This document shows, one piece after another, positions 18,980 to 28,786 of a stretch of DNA of 64,000 nt. Position numbers and translations under genes: made by a program. Every line of letters begins with the position of its first letter. Positions within the stretch are counted from its first letter, which is position 1. The notes beneath the pieces were generated by a model. It saw only the letters and a program-made list of their open reading frames with translations, ran no database searches and was not told the origin of the DNA. This DNA comes from an uncultured delta proteobacterium (GTDB lineage Bacteria; Desulfobacterota; Zymogenia; Zymogenales; Zymogenaceae), in contig CAWBYW010000004.1 of assembly GCA_963792965.1 (NCBI GenBank), forward strand, positions 225,080 to 289,079. Direction: 5' to 3'.

Positions 18980-19990
18980 ATGGGAGAGCGGATAAGCGCC
19001 CTCTCGGTCATATCGGGAGGGCTCGACAGCATACTGGCGACCCGTATCATGATGGATCAGGGGACCAGGGTCACGGCGATTCACTTCGCCACCCCCTTCT
19101 TCGGCAACCTCCCCGGTCGTGACGGCGGCACCTTTTGTGAGCGGATGAGGGAGAAGTTCGGGATAACGGCAGTCTCGGTGGAAATAACCGAGAGATATAT
19201 CACGATGCTTTCCTCGCCAAGCTACGGCTACGGCAAGAACTTCAACCCCTGCGTAGACTGTAAAATCTTGCTGTTTTCCGCCGCTCGTGAAATGATGGAC
19301 GATTACGACGCACGCTTTATCATTACGGGCGAGGTCCTGGGGCAGAGGCCCATGTCACAGCGGCGGGACGCCATGCGGGTCATCGAGCGCGATTCGGGGA
19401 CTACTGGGATTCTGCTCAGGCCTTTGTCGGCAAAGCTATTCAAGCCGACCGTCCCCGAAGAGAACGGGTCGGTAAACAGGGACGAGCTCTTCTCGTTTTC
19501 GGGCCGCTCGCGTAAACCCCAGATCGAGCTTGCGGCACGTCTCGGGATCACGGGGTATCCGGCGCCGGCGGGAGGCTGCTGCCTGACCGATCCGATCCAG
19601 GCCGTGCGGATCAGGAAACTCTACACGATGAGTGAGCACCCCGATCGTCGGCAGGCCAAGCTGATTCAGATCGGGCGGCCCTTCCATCTCGGGAACGGCA
19701 CGATCCTTTCGGTGGGAAGAAATGAAGCAGAAAACGAGACTATCGAAGGACTTGCGGCCGAGGGGGATCTTTTTGTCAAGCTGGTCGACATACCCGGGCC
19801 GCTTGGTCTCCTGGTCGGCGATGCAGACCAGGATATGAGGCGGCGCGCAATGTCGATCGTGGCATATTTCAGCAAGGCGCGGGATCTCTCGGCGGTGCGG
19901 GTTGGCATGGGGACGGCTCCCGACTCCTTTGAGACTGTGTGGGATGTGACGCCCGCCGGTGAAAACGAAATCGTTCAAATGAGATTTTGA
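18980..19990 (+). CDS. PP-loop tRNA thiolation-like protein (ThiI/MnmA-related)
   Basis: SGGLDS PP-loop, NPCVDCK, TGEVLGQRPMSQ, LLRPLSAKL, GRSRK.Q, PAGGCCLTDP. Confidence 0.8.
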   Translation: MGERISALSVISGGLDSILATRIMMDQGTRVTAIHFATPFFGNLPGRDGGTFCERMREKFGITAVSVEITERYITMLSSPSYGYGKNFNPCVDCKILLFSAAREMMDDYDARFIITGEVLGQRPMSQRRDAMRVIERDSGTTGILLRPLSAKLFKPTVPEENGSVNRDELFSFSGRSRKPQIELAARLGITGYPAPAGGCCLTDPIQAVRIRKLYTMSEHPDRRQAKLIQIGRPFHLGNGTILSVGRNEAENETIEGLAAEGDLFVKLVDIPGPLGLLVGDADQDMRRRAMSIVAYFSKARDLSAVRVGMGTAPDSFETVWDVTPAGENEIVQMRF

Positions 19991-20013
19991 CGAATATAAA
20001 AAAAGGGAAGACA

Positions 20014-21009
20014 ATGAGAAGATCGCGAATTATGTCGACGGGGAGGTACCTGCCTCCCAAGGTCGTGACTAACCATGATCTGGCGAAAGTCATGAATACG
20101 AACGACACATGGATTCAGGAACGGAGCGGGATCGTCGAGCGGCACTATGTCGAGGGGGAGGTCGGGGCCTCCGATCTCGGCTTTGAGGCGAGCAAGATCG
20201 CCATTGAGCGCGCCGGGATCACCGCCCAGGACCTCGACATGATCATCTTTGCCACGCTAAGCCCGGACTATACGTTTCCCGGCCCAGGGTGTCTTCTTCA
20301 GGACATGCTCAAAGTGCCGGGGATTGCGGTGGTCGATATCAGGAACCAGTGTACCGGCTTTCTGTACGGGATGTCGATAGCCGATCAGTTCATCAAGACG
20401 GGGATGTTCAACAAGATCCTCGTCTGCGGGGCGGAGGTCCACTCGACGGGTCTGGAGTTCGCCGATTCGGGGAGGGACGTGACGGTGCTATTCGGAGACG
20501 GCGGCGGAGCGATGGTCATCGGCGTGAGCGATGACCCTGAAAGGGGAATCCTTTCGACCCACCTGCACGCAGACGGCAGGGGCTTCCGCGACCTCTGGAT
20601 CGAGGGGCCGGCCAGCCGCTACATGCCGCGGGTAACACACCAAATGATCGACGAGGGGAGACAATGGCCCAAGATGAACGGCAAGAACGTCTTCAGAAAC
20701 GCGGTCAGTTATCTGCCCGAGGTAATTAACGAGGCGCTGACGGCCAACAACGCCACGCTTGAACAGCTCGCGTGGCTGATACCCCACCAGGCCAACATGC
20801 GCATCAACCAGTTCGTCGCGCATAAGCTCGGCTTCCCCCAGGAGAAGGTCTGGCACAACATCCAGCGGTACGGCAACACCACCGCCGCGACACTTCCCCT
20901 CTGTCTGGACGAGATGCTTGAGCAGAACCTGGTCAAAGAGCGGGACCTCTTGATGTTTGCGGCATTCGGCGCCGGCTTCACGTGGGGCTCGGCGCTCGTC
21001 AGGTGGTAG
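20014..21009 (+). CDS. fabH: 3-oxoacyl-ACP synthase III family
   Basis: WIQERSGI, NQCTGF catalytic Cys, LFGDG, PHQAN, YGNT, FGAGFTWG. Confidence 0.92.
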   Translation: MRRSRIMSTGRYLPPKVVTNHDLAKVMNTNDTWIQERSGIVERHYVEGEVGASDLGFEASKIAIERAGITAQDLDMIIFATLSPDYTFPGPGCLLQDMLKVPGIAVVDIRNQCTGFLYGMSIADQFIKTGMFNKILVCGAEVHSTGLEFADSGRDVTVLFGDGGGAMVIGVSDDPERGILSTHLHADGRGFRDLWIEGPASRYMPRVTHQMIDEGRQWPKMNGKNVFRNAVSYLPEVINEALTANNATLEQLAWLIPHQANMRINQFVAHKLGFPQEKVWHNIQRYGNTTAATLPLCLDEMLEQNLVKERDLLMFAAFGAGFTWGSALVRW

Positions 21010-21093
21010 CCTCGTCGTTTATTAGTGTCTCGAATCGGGGGCGGGCACGGGATAGCATCCCACCCGCCCTTATGTATATGGAGAGCGCCCATC

Positions 21094-23724
21094 GTGGAAG
21101 ACCTCACTCCCGCCCTCAGACAATATGTCCAGATCAAGGAGCAGTATCGGGACTGCATCCTCTTTTTTCGGATGGGCGACTTTTACGAGATGTTCTTCGA
21201 GGACGCAACGACCGCCTCGCCGATCCTTGAGATCGCACTGACCACCCGGGACAGAAACAAAGAAAACCCCGTCCCCATGTGCGGCGTCCCCTATCACGCC
21301 GCCGACGTCTACATCGCAAAGCTTCTGAAAAAGGGCCTCAAGGTCGCCGTCTGTGAGCAGATGGAAGACCCGTCACAGGCAAAGGGGATCATCCGCAGGG
21401 AGGTCGTCCGGGTGATCACCCCGGGGCTGGTTTCGGAGCTATCGCAGCTTGTCGAAAAAGAGCACACGTATATCTCCGGCATCGTTTTTCGGGAGGGGAG
21501 GTGGGGCGTGGCGTTTCTCGATTTTTCCACCGGGGAGTTCAAGACGACCGAAGTATCGGACGTATCTGAGCTCATTGACGAGCTCTACACGGCCAACCCG
21601 AGGGAAGCAGTGCTCCCCGAGGACATCAGAGGCGCGAATAGAGACGATTCTTTAGATCGCGCCCTTGCCGATGTCCTGGTCAATTACGTCGACCGGCGGA
21701 TTTTCGAGCGCGATACCGCCGAGAAGGCCATAAAGGATATCTTGCATCTTGACAGCGTCGATGGACTGGGGCTGTCGGAAAGACCCTGCGCACTTTCCGC
21801 CGTCGGAGGCCTTCTCCGATACGTGAGCGACTACCAGAAAGGGGACATCAGTCATGTCTCCTATCCCCGTCTTTATATGGCGACCGACTCGATGGTGATA
21901 GACGAGGTGACAAAACGCAACCTCGAGCTGACCAGGACCATCTACGAGGGCGCCCGGCGGGGTTCTCTCTTGTCGCTGCTGGACAGGACCGTGACCCCAA
22001 TGGGGGGCAGGCTCGTCAGGGAATGGATCAACTATCCGCTGATGGATCCCGGCCGGATTGCGGCCCGTCTGGATGCGGTCCAGGAGCTCTCCGGGTCGAC
22101 GGATATTTGCGGGGAGATACGGGGATGCCTCTCAAAGATCACGGACATCGAGCGGCTTGCCGGAAGGGTATCTCTGAAGATCGCCGGCGCGCGAGACCTC
22201 GTGTCCCTCTCGGGATCGCTTACCCTGATACCGAAGATAAAGGAACTCCTGTCCGGGTTTGTCGGCGCCACTCTTTTCAGCGTATCGGAAGGTCTTGAGG
22301 ATTTTTCGGGCCTTGTGACGAGAATCGACGGAACGCTGGCTGAGACCGTACCCCACTCGGTGCGGGAGGGAGGATTTATCAGGGACGGGGTGGACAAGGA
22401 TCTCGATGAGCTGAGGGGACTGTCACGTTCGGGCAAGGATTGGATCATCGATCTTGAGGCACGAGAGAGAAAGAGGACGGGCATCTCCAGCCTCAAGGTG
22501 AGGTTCAACAAGGTCTTTGGATATTATATCGAGGTGACCAATTCCTACCTGTCGATGGTGCCCGGCGACTACGTCCGGAGACAGACCCTGGTGGGTGCCG
22601 AGCGGTTCATCACCCCGGACCTCAAGGAGTACGAGGCGAAGGTCCTGGGGGCCGAGGATCGCATCAAAGTTATCGAATACGACATCTTTTGCGCGCTGCG
22701 GGAAGACGTGCGGGGATGGATCGCAGCGATTCAGCGGGCGTCGGCCAGGCTCGCCGAGCTGGACGTCCTGACGAATCTTGCCGCGGTCGCTCTTGATTAC
22801 GGCTACACGAGGCCGGTGGTGGACGACGGGTCCGTCATTGAGATCCGTGAGGGGAGACACCCGATGGTCGAGCGCTCGCTCCCGCCGGGCTCCTTTGTCC
22901 CCAACGACGTCATGGCGGACTCGGGCGAGCACCAGCTCTTAATCATCACGGGACCGAATATGGCCGGGAAATCCACGATCATCCGTCAGGTGGCAATAAT
23001 CGTGATGATGGCGCAGATGGGAAGCTTCGTGCCCGCAGGATCAGCTCATATAGGGGTGGTAGATCGAATATTTGCCCGTGTCGGGGCGTCGGACTCCCTC
23101 GTCAAGGGGCAGTCGACCTTCATGGTCGAAATGGTGGAGACCGCAAATATCCTCAACAATGCCACCGAGAAATCCCTCGTGATCCTTGACGAGATAGGCA
23201 GGGGCACGGGCACGTTTGACGGCATCTCTATTGCGTGGGCGGTGGCTGAGTATATCCACGACAGCGCCGTATGCCGTCCGCGGACCCTCTTTGCGACACA
23301 CTACCACGAGCTGACGGAGCTCTCGGCGGTCAAGGAGCGGGTAAAGAACTATCACGTCGCCGTTAGAGAGTGGAATGAGAGGATTATATTCCTCCGGAAG
23401 CTGGAGGAGGGCGTATCGAGCCACAGTTACGGGATCGAGGTGGCGAGGCTCGCGGGGATCCCGCCCGAAGTCCTCGCGCGGGCGCGCGAGATCCTCGAAA
23501 ACCTCGAAAAAGGTGAATTCACGCCTCAAGGAACGCCGACGCTCGCGGCGGGGATGGCGGCTCCCATCGGGAGCCGAAGACGTCAGCTCGATCTTTTTGC
23601 CGATACGAAAGAGCAGATCATCGAAGAGATCAAATCGATGGACGTCTACGCGATGACGCCGCTGGACGCGATGAAGAAGCTCGACGAGCTCAAGGAAAAA
23701 ATAAAAAAAACAGGGCTCGAGTGA
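21094..23724 (+). CDS. mutS: DNA mismatch repair protein MutS
   Basis: GDFYEMF, TGPNMAGKST Walker A, STFMVEM, DEIGRGT, FATHYHEL; GTG start at 21094. Confidence 0.97.
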   Translation: MEDLTPALRQYVQIKEQYRDCILFFRMGDFYEMFFEDATTASPILEIALTTRDRNKENPVPMCGVPYHAADVYIAKLLKKGLKVAVCEQMEDPSQAKGIIRREVVRVITPGLVSELSQLVEKEHTYISGIVFREGRWGVAFLDFSTGEFKTTEVSDVSELIDELYTANPREAVLPEDIRGANRDDSLDRALADVLVNYVDRRIFERDTAEKAIKDILHLDSVDGLGLSERPCALSAVGGLLRYVSDYQKGDISHVSYPRLYMATDSMVIDEVTKRNLELTRTIYEGARRGSLLSLLDRTVTPMGGRLVREWINYPLMDPGRIAARLDAVQELSGSTDICGEIRGCLSKITDIERLAGRVSLKIAGARDLVSLSGSLTLIPKIKELLSGFVGATLFSVSEGLEDFSGLVTRIDGTLAETVPHSVREGGFIRDGVDKDLDELRGLSRSGKDWIIDLEARERKRTGISSLKVRFNKVFGYYIEVTNSYLSMVPGDYVRRQTLVGAERFITPDLKEYEAKVLGAEDRIKVIEYDIFCALREDVRGWIAAIQRASARLAELDVLTNLAAVALDYGYTRPVVDDGSVIEIREGRHPMVERSLPPGSFVPNDVMADSGEHQLLIITGPNMAGKSTIIRQVAIIVMMAQMGSFVPAGSAHIGVVDRIFARVGASDSLVKGQSTFMVEMVETANILNNATEKSLVILDEIGRGTGTFDGISIAWAVAEYIHDSAVCRPRTLFATHYHELTELSAVKERVKNYHVAVREWNERIIFLRKLEEGVSSHSYGIEVARLAGIPPEVLARAREILENLEKGEFTPQGTPTLAAGMAAPIGSRRRQLDLFADTKEQIIEEIKSMDVYAMTPLDAMKKLDELKEKIKKTGLE

Positions 23725-23834
23725 AAATTTTACTTGATTAATCCTAAACCATATGAGAATATCTAAAACGAAAATTTTGGTACAATGGGGGGGAATGGCT
23801 TTTTTGTTTTTATTGTTTCCACACCTGACGCGGA

Positions 23835-24155
23835 GTGAAACGCATGAAAGATGAGCTGAAAAAGATGCTCGAATTTGAGGCGAAGGCCCGTGAGATCCTC
23901 GAGGATTCCAGAAGAAATGCCGAGAAGATGCGCGGCGACGCCCAGCGCCAGGCCGAAGAATTATTGAAATCGGAACGCTTCAAAGCCGAAGACGAAGCCC
24001 AAAGGATCAAGGAGAGTATCATCAAGGACGCCGAGGAAGAAGCGGAAAAGATGAAGATGCGCACGGCAAAAAGCATACAGGAACAGGAGGCCAGGGCAAA
24101 GAAGAGGATCGACGCGGCCGCCTCCACAATATTGAAAGAAGTGTTCAATTTGTAA
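23835..24155 (+). CDS. V/A-type ATPase subunit G/H (peripheral stalk)
   Basis: Charged coiled coil (EAKAREILEDSRRNAE); first gene of the ATPase operon. Confidence 0.75.
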   Translation: MKRMKDELKKMLEFEAKAREILEDSRRNAEKMRGDAQRQAEELLKSERFKAEDEAQRIKESIIKDAEEEAEKMKMRTAKSIQEQEARAKKRIDAAASTILKEVFNL

Positions 24156-24188
24156 TCCATTTCCTCACCCCGCTTCACGGCAGAGACA

Positions 24189-25229
24189 ATGCTCCTTGAT
24201 GTCATGAAATACTCCTTCATCAACGCCAAAATTCGGGCGATGAAGAGCAGTCTCCTCAAAGATACCGTCTATCAGCAGCTTCTGGAAACCACACACCTTG
24301 ATGCGTTTGTAAAAGCCCTTATGGAGACCGGCTACTCGGACGAGCTCTCCTCCGTCGACACGAAGAACCCCCAGATATCGGACGTCATCGTCGCCCTCGA
24401 CACCAATCTCGTCAAATATTATCAGGGCATCCTCAAGTACTTTATGGAGAGAAATGAGAACAAGTTCATCCGCCTTCTCCTCTCGCGGCTCGAGATAGAG
24501 AATATCAAGATCATCATCAGGGGGAAGTTCAAGGGGATCACCCCGGCCATGATCGGCGACAATCTGGTCCCGACCGACGGCCTTTCGGGTCTCGATTTCG
24601 AGGAGCTTATCGGCAGCAAGGATGTGGAGCACTTCGTTTCGCTCCTGGCGGGGACGCGCTATGAAGCGCCGCTCAAACAGGCGCTGCCGGTCTTCGAGCG
24701 TGACAGGAGGCCCGCCGTCCTGGAGCGACCTCTCGATAATCTCTATTTCCTGGACATGGCGAAGACAATAAAGACCCTCTCGAGGGCGGACTATTACGTT
24801 ACGCGCATGTATCTCGGCACATTTTGCGACATCACCAACATCATGATAATCCTCAGAAATCGCCTCTTCTTTGCCATGCCCTCGGACGAAGTCATGACCA
24901 TGTATATCCCCTTCGGGTATCGATTCACGAGAACCGAGGCGGTGATCCTTTCCAGGACCACAGAAGATGACTATCGGGAGGCGCTGGCCAAGACACACTA
25001 CGGCAAAAAGGTGACGAGCTTCAAGATGCTCTCAGACCTTGAGATGGGCTTCGGCGCCATCTTGATGGCCTTAACGAAGAAGATTCTGATGGGATACCCG
25101 TTTCACATCGGGACCGTCACGGGATTTCTCGCCCTGAAGGAGGCGGAGGTGGCCAACCTCAAGAGCATCGCCGAAGGGAAGAGACACGGCCTTTCTGAAG
25201 GGCAGATCGGGGAGAGCCTGATCAGGTAA
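24189..25229 (+). CDS. V/A-type ATPase subunit C (d)
   Basis: YSFINAKIRAMKSSLL, EIENIK...RG, E..NL..I.EG. Confidence 0.88.
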   Translation: MLLDVMKYSFINAKIRAMKSSLLKDTVYQQLLETTHLDAFVKALMETGYSDELSSVDTKNPQISDVIVALDTNLVKYYQGILKYFMERNENKFIRLLLSRLEIENIKIIIRGKFKGITPAMIGDNLVPTDGLSGLDFEELIGSKDVEHFVSLLAGTRYEAPLKQALPVFERDRRPAVLERPLDNLYFLDMAKTIKTLSRADYYVTRMYLGTFCDITNIMIILRNRLFFAMPSDEVMTMYIPFGYRFTRTEAVILSRTTEDDYREALAKTHYGKKVTSFKMLSDLEMGFGAILMALTKKILMGYPFHIGTVTGFLALKEAEVANLKSIAEGKRHGLSEGQIGESLIR

Positions 25230-25373
25230 CGGAGTCGTCGATGTGCCGTGCATGAAACATGCACAGCGCGGCCATCGCCACGGGATGGCCGGACGACCCG
25301 AAAAGCGAGAGACGGTTAGGGCGCGGGCGTTGAGAATAGCTCACGACTTTCTCTCTTTCGCCGAGGTAAGAGT

Positions 25374-27344
25374 ATGTTTCGTCCTGTTCCCATGACACGA
25401 GTCAGCGTCCTTATCCTCGACAGAGATCTCGCAAAGGTAACCAACGATATCGGTCGCCTCGGGATCATGCACCTGATAGACCTCGGGAGCGCGCCGGGGC
25501 TGGCGGATATCGGCTGGACCCCCGGTCAGGAGCTGGACATACTGGCCCGCTATCAGACCGCCAAGCGGCAGCTCGATGAGATCTTTGTCCAGACCGAGAT
25601 CTCACGCAGCGGCCCTTACAGCCCCGCGAAATTCGAGGTAGACCCCCTCAAGGATATCGATCATCTCGAGACCAGGATCGGGGAATTCTATAATCAGGTC
25701 AGATCCATCAACGAGCAGGTATTCACCCTGCGTGACAGGCTGGCATTTGAAGAAGATAATCTTAAGAGGGCCACAAGCCTCGTCGGCATAGATTCCGACG
25801 TCGCCCTCATGAGAACGCTTGAAAACCTGCACGTCTCCGTCGGATATCTTCCGGTAAAATACCTCTCGAAGATCGGCGAGATTATCACGACTCCCTATAC
25901 CGTCTATATATCCCTCGAACAGCGGGGAGAAAGACAGAAGGCGGCGTTCGCCTGTCTCCCCGGTGACGCCCAGCAGCTCGAGTCCCAGCTGAAGACGATC
26001 GGATTTGAGCAGCTTCTCCTGCCCGAGGATTGCACGGGAACCCCGGAAGAGGCGATCGGGCAGATCAACGCGAAAATCGATGAGATCAAGGTCAACATAG
26101 CCGAAAATGAAAATAAGCTGAGGGGATTCGGATGGACGTACCGGGGGGAGCTCCTCAGGGTGCGGGATCATCTGACAACGAATCTCGATATCCTCAAAGC
26201 GGTCAAGTCGATGGGCCTGTCGGAGCGCACCGCGCTCATCACCGGCTGGGTCCCGGGCAACGGCGTGGACAAGCTTGAGAAGACACTGAGGGCGACCCTT
26301 GGCGATAATTTCTACATGAGCGTCACCAAGCCCGAACAGATCCCGGAGGTCAAGACGGGAAGGGTCAAGGTGCCGGTCATTTTTAACAACCCGAAGCTTC
26401 TGGCTCCCTTCGAGATGCTCGTGACAACGTACGGGTCGCCGGACTACAATGAAATCGAACCGTCGGGTATCATCGGTGTGGCTTTCTTGCTGATGTTCGG
26501 CGTGATGTTCGGCGACGTCGGGCACGGCCTGGTCCTCTTCCTTCTCGGGAGATACCTGCAAAAGAAATTCAAGGAGGCCGAGACCATCGGGATGATCATG
26601 ACACGGGCCGGCGTGTCGTCGATGATCTTCGGCTTCTGCTTCGGCAGCATCTTCGGCTACGAGGATGTCATCCCGGCCCTGATCTTCCATCCGATAAAGA
26701 ATATCAACACCTTCATGGCCACGGCGGTCGCCTTCGGCGTCGTCTTCATCAGCATCGGCCTGATCATCAACATCATCAATTCGATCCGGGCGCGAAATAT
26801 AGAAAAGGGGGTGCTCGAAAACCACGGCTTGGCCGGCGCGCTCTTCTACTGGGGGGGCATCGGCTTTCTCATTAAATACCTGGTCTCGGGGACCCTTGGC
26901 GTGCCGAGCTGGGTGGTGGCCGCGGTCTTAGGCGTCCCGCTGTTTGTGATATTTCTCAAGGAGCCGATCATCCACGTGATCGAGCATAAACGGCCGATCC
27001 TGGACGAGCCGATCACTTATATCATCAGCTCTCTCATCGAAGTGATGGAGACCTTCATCGGATTTCTCTCAAACACCGTCTCTTTTATCAGGGTGGCCGC
27101 CTTTTCGCTGGCGCATGCCGCGCTCTTTGCCGCCGTCTTCGAGATCATGAGAATGATCCACAACGGCGGCATCTCGTTTGCCGTCGAAATAGGCGGAAAT
27201 GTCGTCATCATCGTCCTGGAAGGACTCGTGGTATCCATACAGTCGGTCAGGCTGATTTTCTATGAGTTCTTCAGCAAATTCTACTCGGGAGAAGGGGAGG
27301 CGTTTACCCCCATGAAGATAGGATATTTCTCGGATGAAGAATAG
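25374..27344 (+). CDS. V/A-type ATPase subunit I (a)
   Basis: MFRPVPM, GWVP, YG.P.Y.EI.P, FGVMFGDVGHG, SNTVSFIRVAAF.LAH, R...YEFFSKFY. Confidence 0.95.
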   Translation: MFRPVPMTRVSVLILDRDLAKVTNDIGRLGIMHLIDLGSAPGLADIGWTPGQELDILARYQTAKRQLDEIFVQTEISRSGPYSPAKFEVDPLKDIDHLETRIGEFYNQVRSINEQVFTLRDRLAFEEDNLKRATSLVGIDSDVALMRTLENLHVSVGYLPVKYLSKIGEIITTPYTVYISLEQRGERQKAAFACLPGDAQQLESQLKTIGFEQLLLPEDCTGTPEEAIGQINAKIDEIKVNIAENENKLRGFGWTYRGELLRVRDHLTTNLDILKAVKSMGLSERTALITGWVPGNGVDKLEKTLRATLGDNFYMSVTKPEQIPEVKTGRVKVPVIFNNPKLLAPFEMLVTTYGSPDYNEIEPSGIIGVAFLLMFGVMFGDVGHGLVLFLLGRYLQKKFKEAETIGMIMTRAGVSSMIFGFCFGSIFGYEDVIPALIFHPIKNINTFMATAVAFGVVFISIGLIINIINSIRARNIEKGVLENHGLAGALFYWGGIGFLIKYLVSGTLGVPSWVVAAVLGVPLFVIFLKEPIIHVIEHKRPILDEPITYIISSLIEVMETFIGFLSNTVSFIRVAAFSLAHAALFAAVFEIMRMIHNGGISFAVEIGGNVVIIVLEGLVVSIQSVRLIFYEFFSKFYSGEGEAFTPMKIGYFSDEE

Positions 27345-27384
27345 GACTCGTAATCAGAGCACTACGAGGTAAAGGAGTTGTCGT

Positions 27385-27801
27385 ATGAAACTGAAAGAGA
27401 TGATTATTGGTCTTTTGGTCCTTAACGTCGTGATCGCACTGGGAGTCGGGGTGTTTGTCTTCTTCGCGCCGAACCCGAGCTTTGGTTTCCAAACGAATAC
27501 GGGCGCCCCTGCAACCGCCCCGACGACAACGCCGACGTCCGCGCCCACAACCGGCGCTGCAGGACCTTCGGCACCCGCCTCCAACGAGAAAGGATGGGGA
27601 TACATTGCCGCCGCGCTCTCGACGGGTATCGCGGCGCTTGGCGCCGGCGTTGCGGTCAGCGGGGTCGGCTCGGCCGCGATGGGCGCGATAAGCGAGAAGC
27701 CCGAGTTACTGGGCCGCTCCCTGATCTTCGTGGGCCTCGCAGAAGGTATCGCGATCTACGGTCTGATTATCTCGATCATGATTCTCGGAAGACTGGGCTG
27801 A
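27385..27801 (+). CDS. V/A-type ATPase subunit K (c) with N-terminal extension
   Basis: Single hairpin with GLAEGIAIYG (carrier Glu), preceded by a hydrophobic helix and a Pro/Thr/Ala linker. Confidence 0.92.
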   Translation: MKLKEMIIGLLVLNVVIALGVGVFVFFAPNPSFGFQTNTGAPATAPTTTPTSAPTTGAAGPSAPASNEKGWGYIAAALSTGIAALGAGVAVSGVGSAAMGAISEKPELLGRSLIFVGLAEGIAIYGLIISIMILGRLG

Positions 27802-27820
27802 TTTCACAGAGAAGAACGGT

Positions 27821-28126
27821 ATGGAATTTTATATAATTGGTGACCACGACACCGTATTGGGTTTTTCCCTTGCGGGCATCGAGGGAAGGGGCGTGAAGGA
27901 CTCGCGCGAGGCGCTCACCGCGCTCAAGGAGACCCTCGGGAAGCCCGACATCGGGATACTCCTGATAACGGAGCGGCTTGCCCACGAGCTTCGCGCCGAC
28001 ATCGACGCCGTTATGATCGAGCGGAAGTTTCCTCTGATTATAGAGATCCCGGATATGGAAGGACCGCTCGAGGAGAAAGTCACCATTTCCGATCTGGTGA
28101 AGAGCGCCATTGGGATTAAGATATAG
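27821..28126 (+). CDS. V/A-type ATPase subunit F
   Basis: IIGDHDTVLGFSLAGI, PLIIEIP, LVKSAIGIKI. Confidence 0.95.
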   Translation: MEFYIIGDHDTVLGFSLAGIEGRGVKDSREALTALKETLGKPDIGILLITERLAHELRADIDAVMIERKFPLIIEIPDMEGPLEEKVTISDLVKSAIGIKI

Positions 28127-28159
28127 CTGATTCCAAAATCCGGGAGAAAAAGGACGACT

Positions 28160-28777
28160 ATGGCACCGTTAGAATCCGTTGACAGCCTCGGGGACATCGT
28201 CATTAAGGAATCCCGCGACAAGGCCGAGTGGAATATCAAGAGCGCGAAAGAGACCAGCAAGAAGGTGCTGGACGAGGCCAAAGAGAAGGCTGGGGAAAAC
28301 TACGAGAAGATCATCCAGCAGGGAAAGCAGTCGGGTGAGAAGGAGAAGCAGAAGATACTCTCCACCATCGAGATGGAAATGAAGAAGCTTGTCCTGAACT
28401 CGAAGGAATCCCTCATCGATGAGGCATTCGAGAAGGCGTGGGCGAAGTTCGAGGAGTTCAAGAAGACGAAAGACTACAAAGAGATCCTCGCGCGGCAGAT
28501 CATCGGTTCGGTATCGGACCTTGAGGGCAGTCGGTTCGTCGTCGATGCCTATCGGGGCGATAAATTCAAGGTCGGCCCCGAGATGCTCAAGCAGATCGAA
28601 AAAGAAACAAAGAAAAAGGGACTCATCATAGAGATCAACGAGATCGATGAGGACCCGGGCGGCGTCATTGTCCACGAGAAAGGCGGGAAGATATCTGTAG
28701 ACAATACCTTTGCCAGCATCCTGGAGAGAAAGAAAAACGAGACGCGGGTAAAGGTATCCGAAATCCTTTTCGAGTAA
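28160..28777 (+). CDS. V/A-type ATPase subunit E
   Basis: Coiled-coil N-terminus, GGVIV...DNTF, C-terminal ILFE; operon position. Confidence 0.88.
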   Translation: MAPLESVDSLGDIVIKESRDKAEWNIKSAKETSKKVLDEAKEKAGENYEKIIQQGKQSGEKEKQKILSTIEMEMKKLVLNSKESLIDEAFEKAWAKFEEFKKTKDYKEILARQIIGSVSDLEGSRFVVDAYRGDKFKVGPEMLKQIEKETKKKGLIIEINEIDEDPGGVIVHEKGGKISVDNTFASILERKKNETRVKVSEILFE

Positions 28778-28786
28778 GGAGATACA

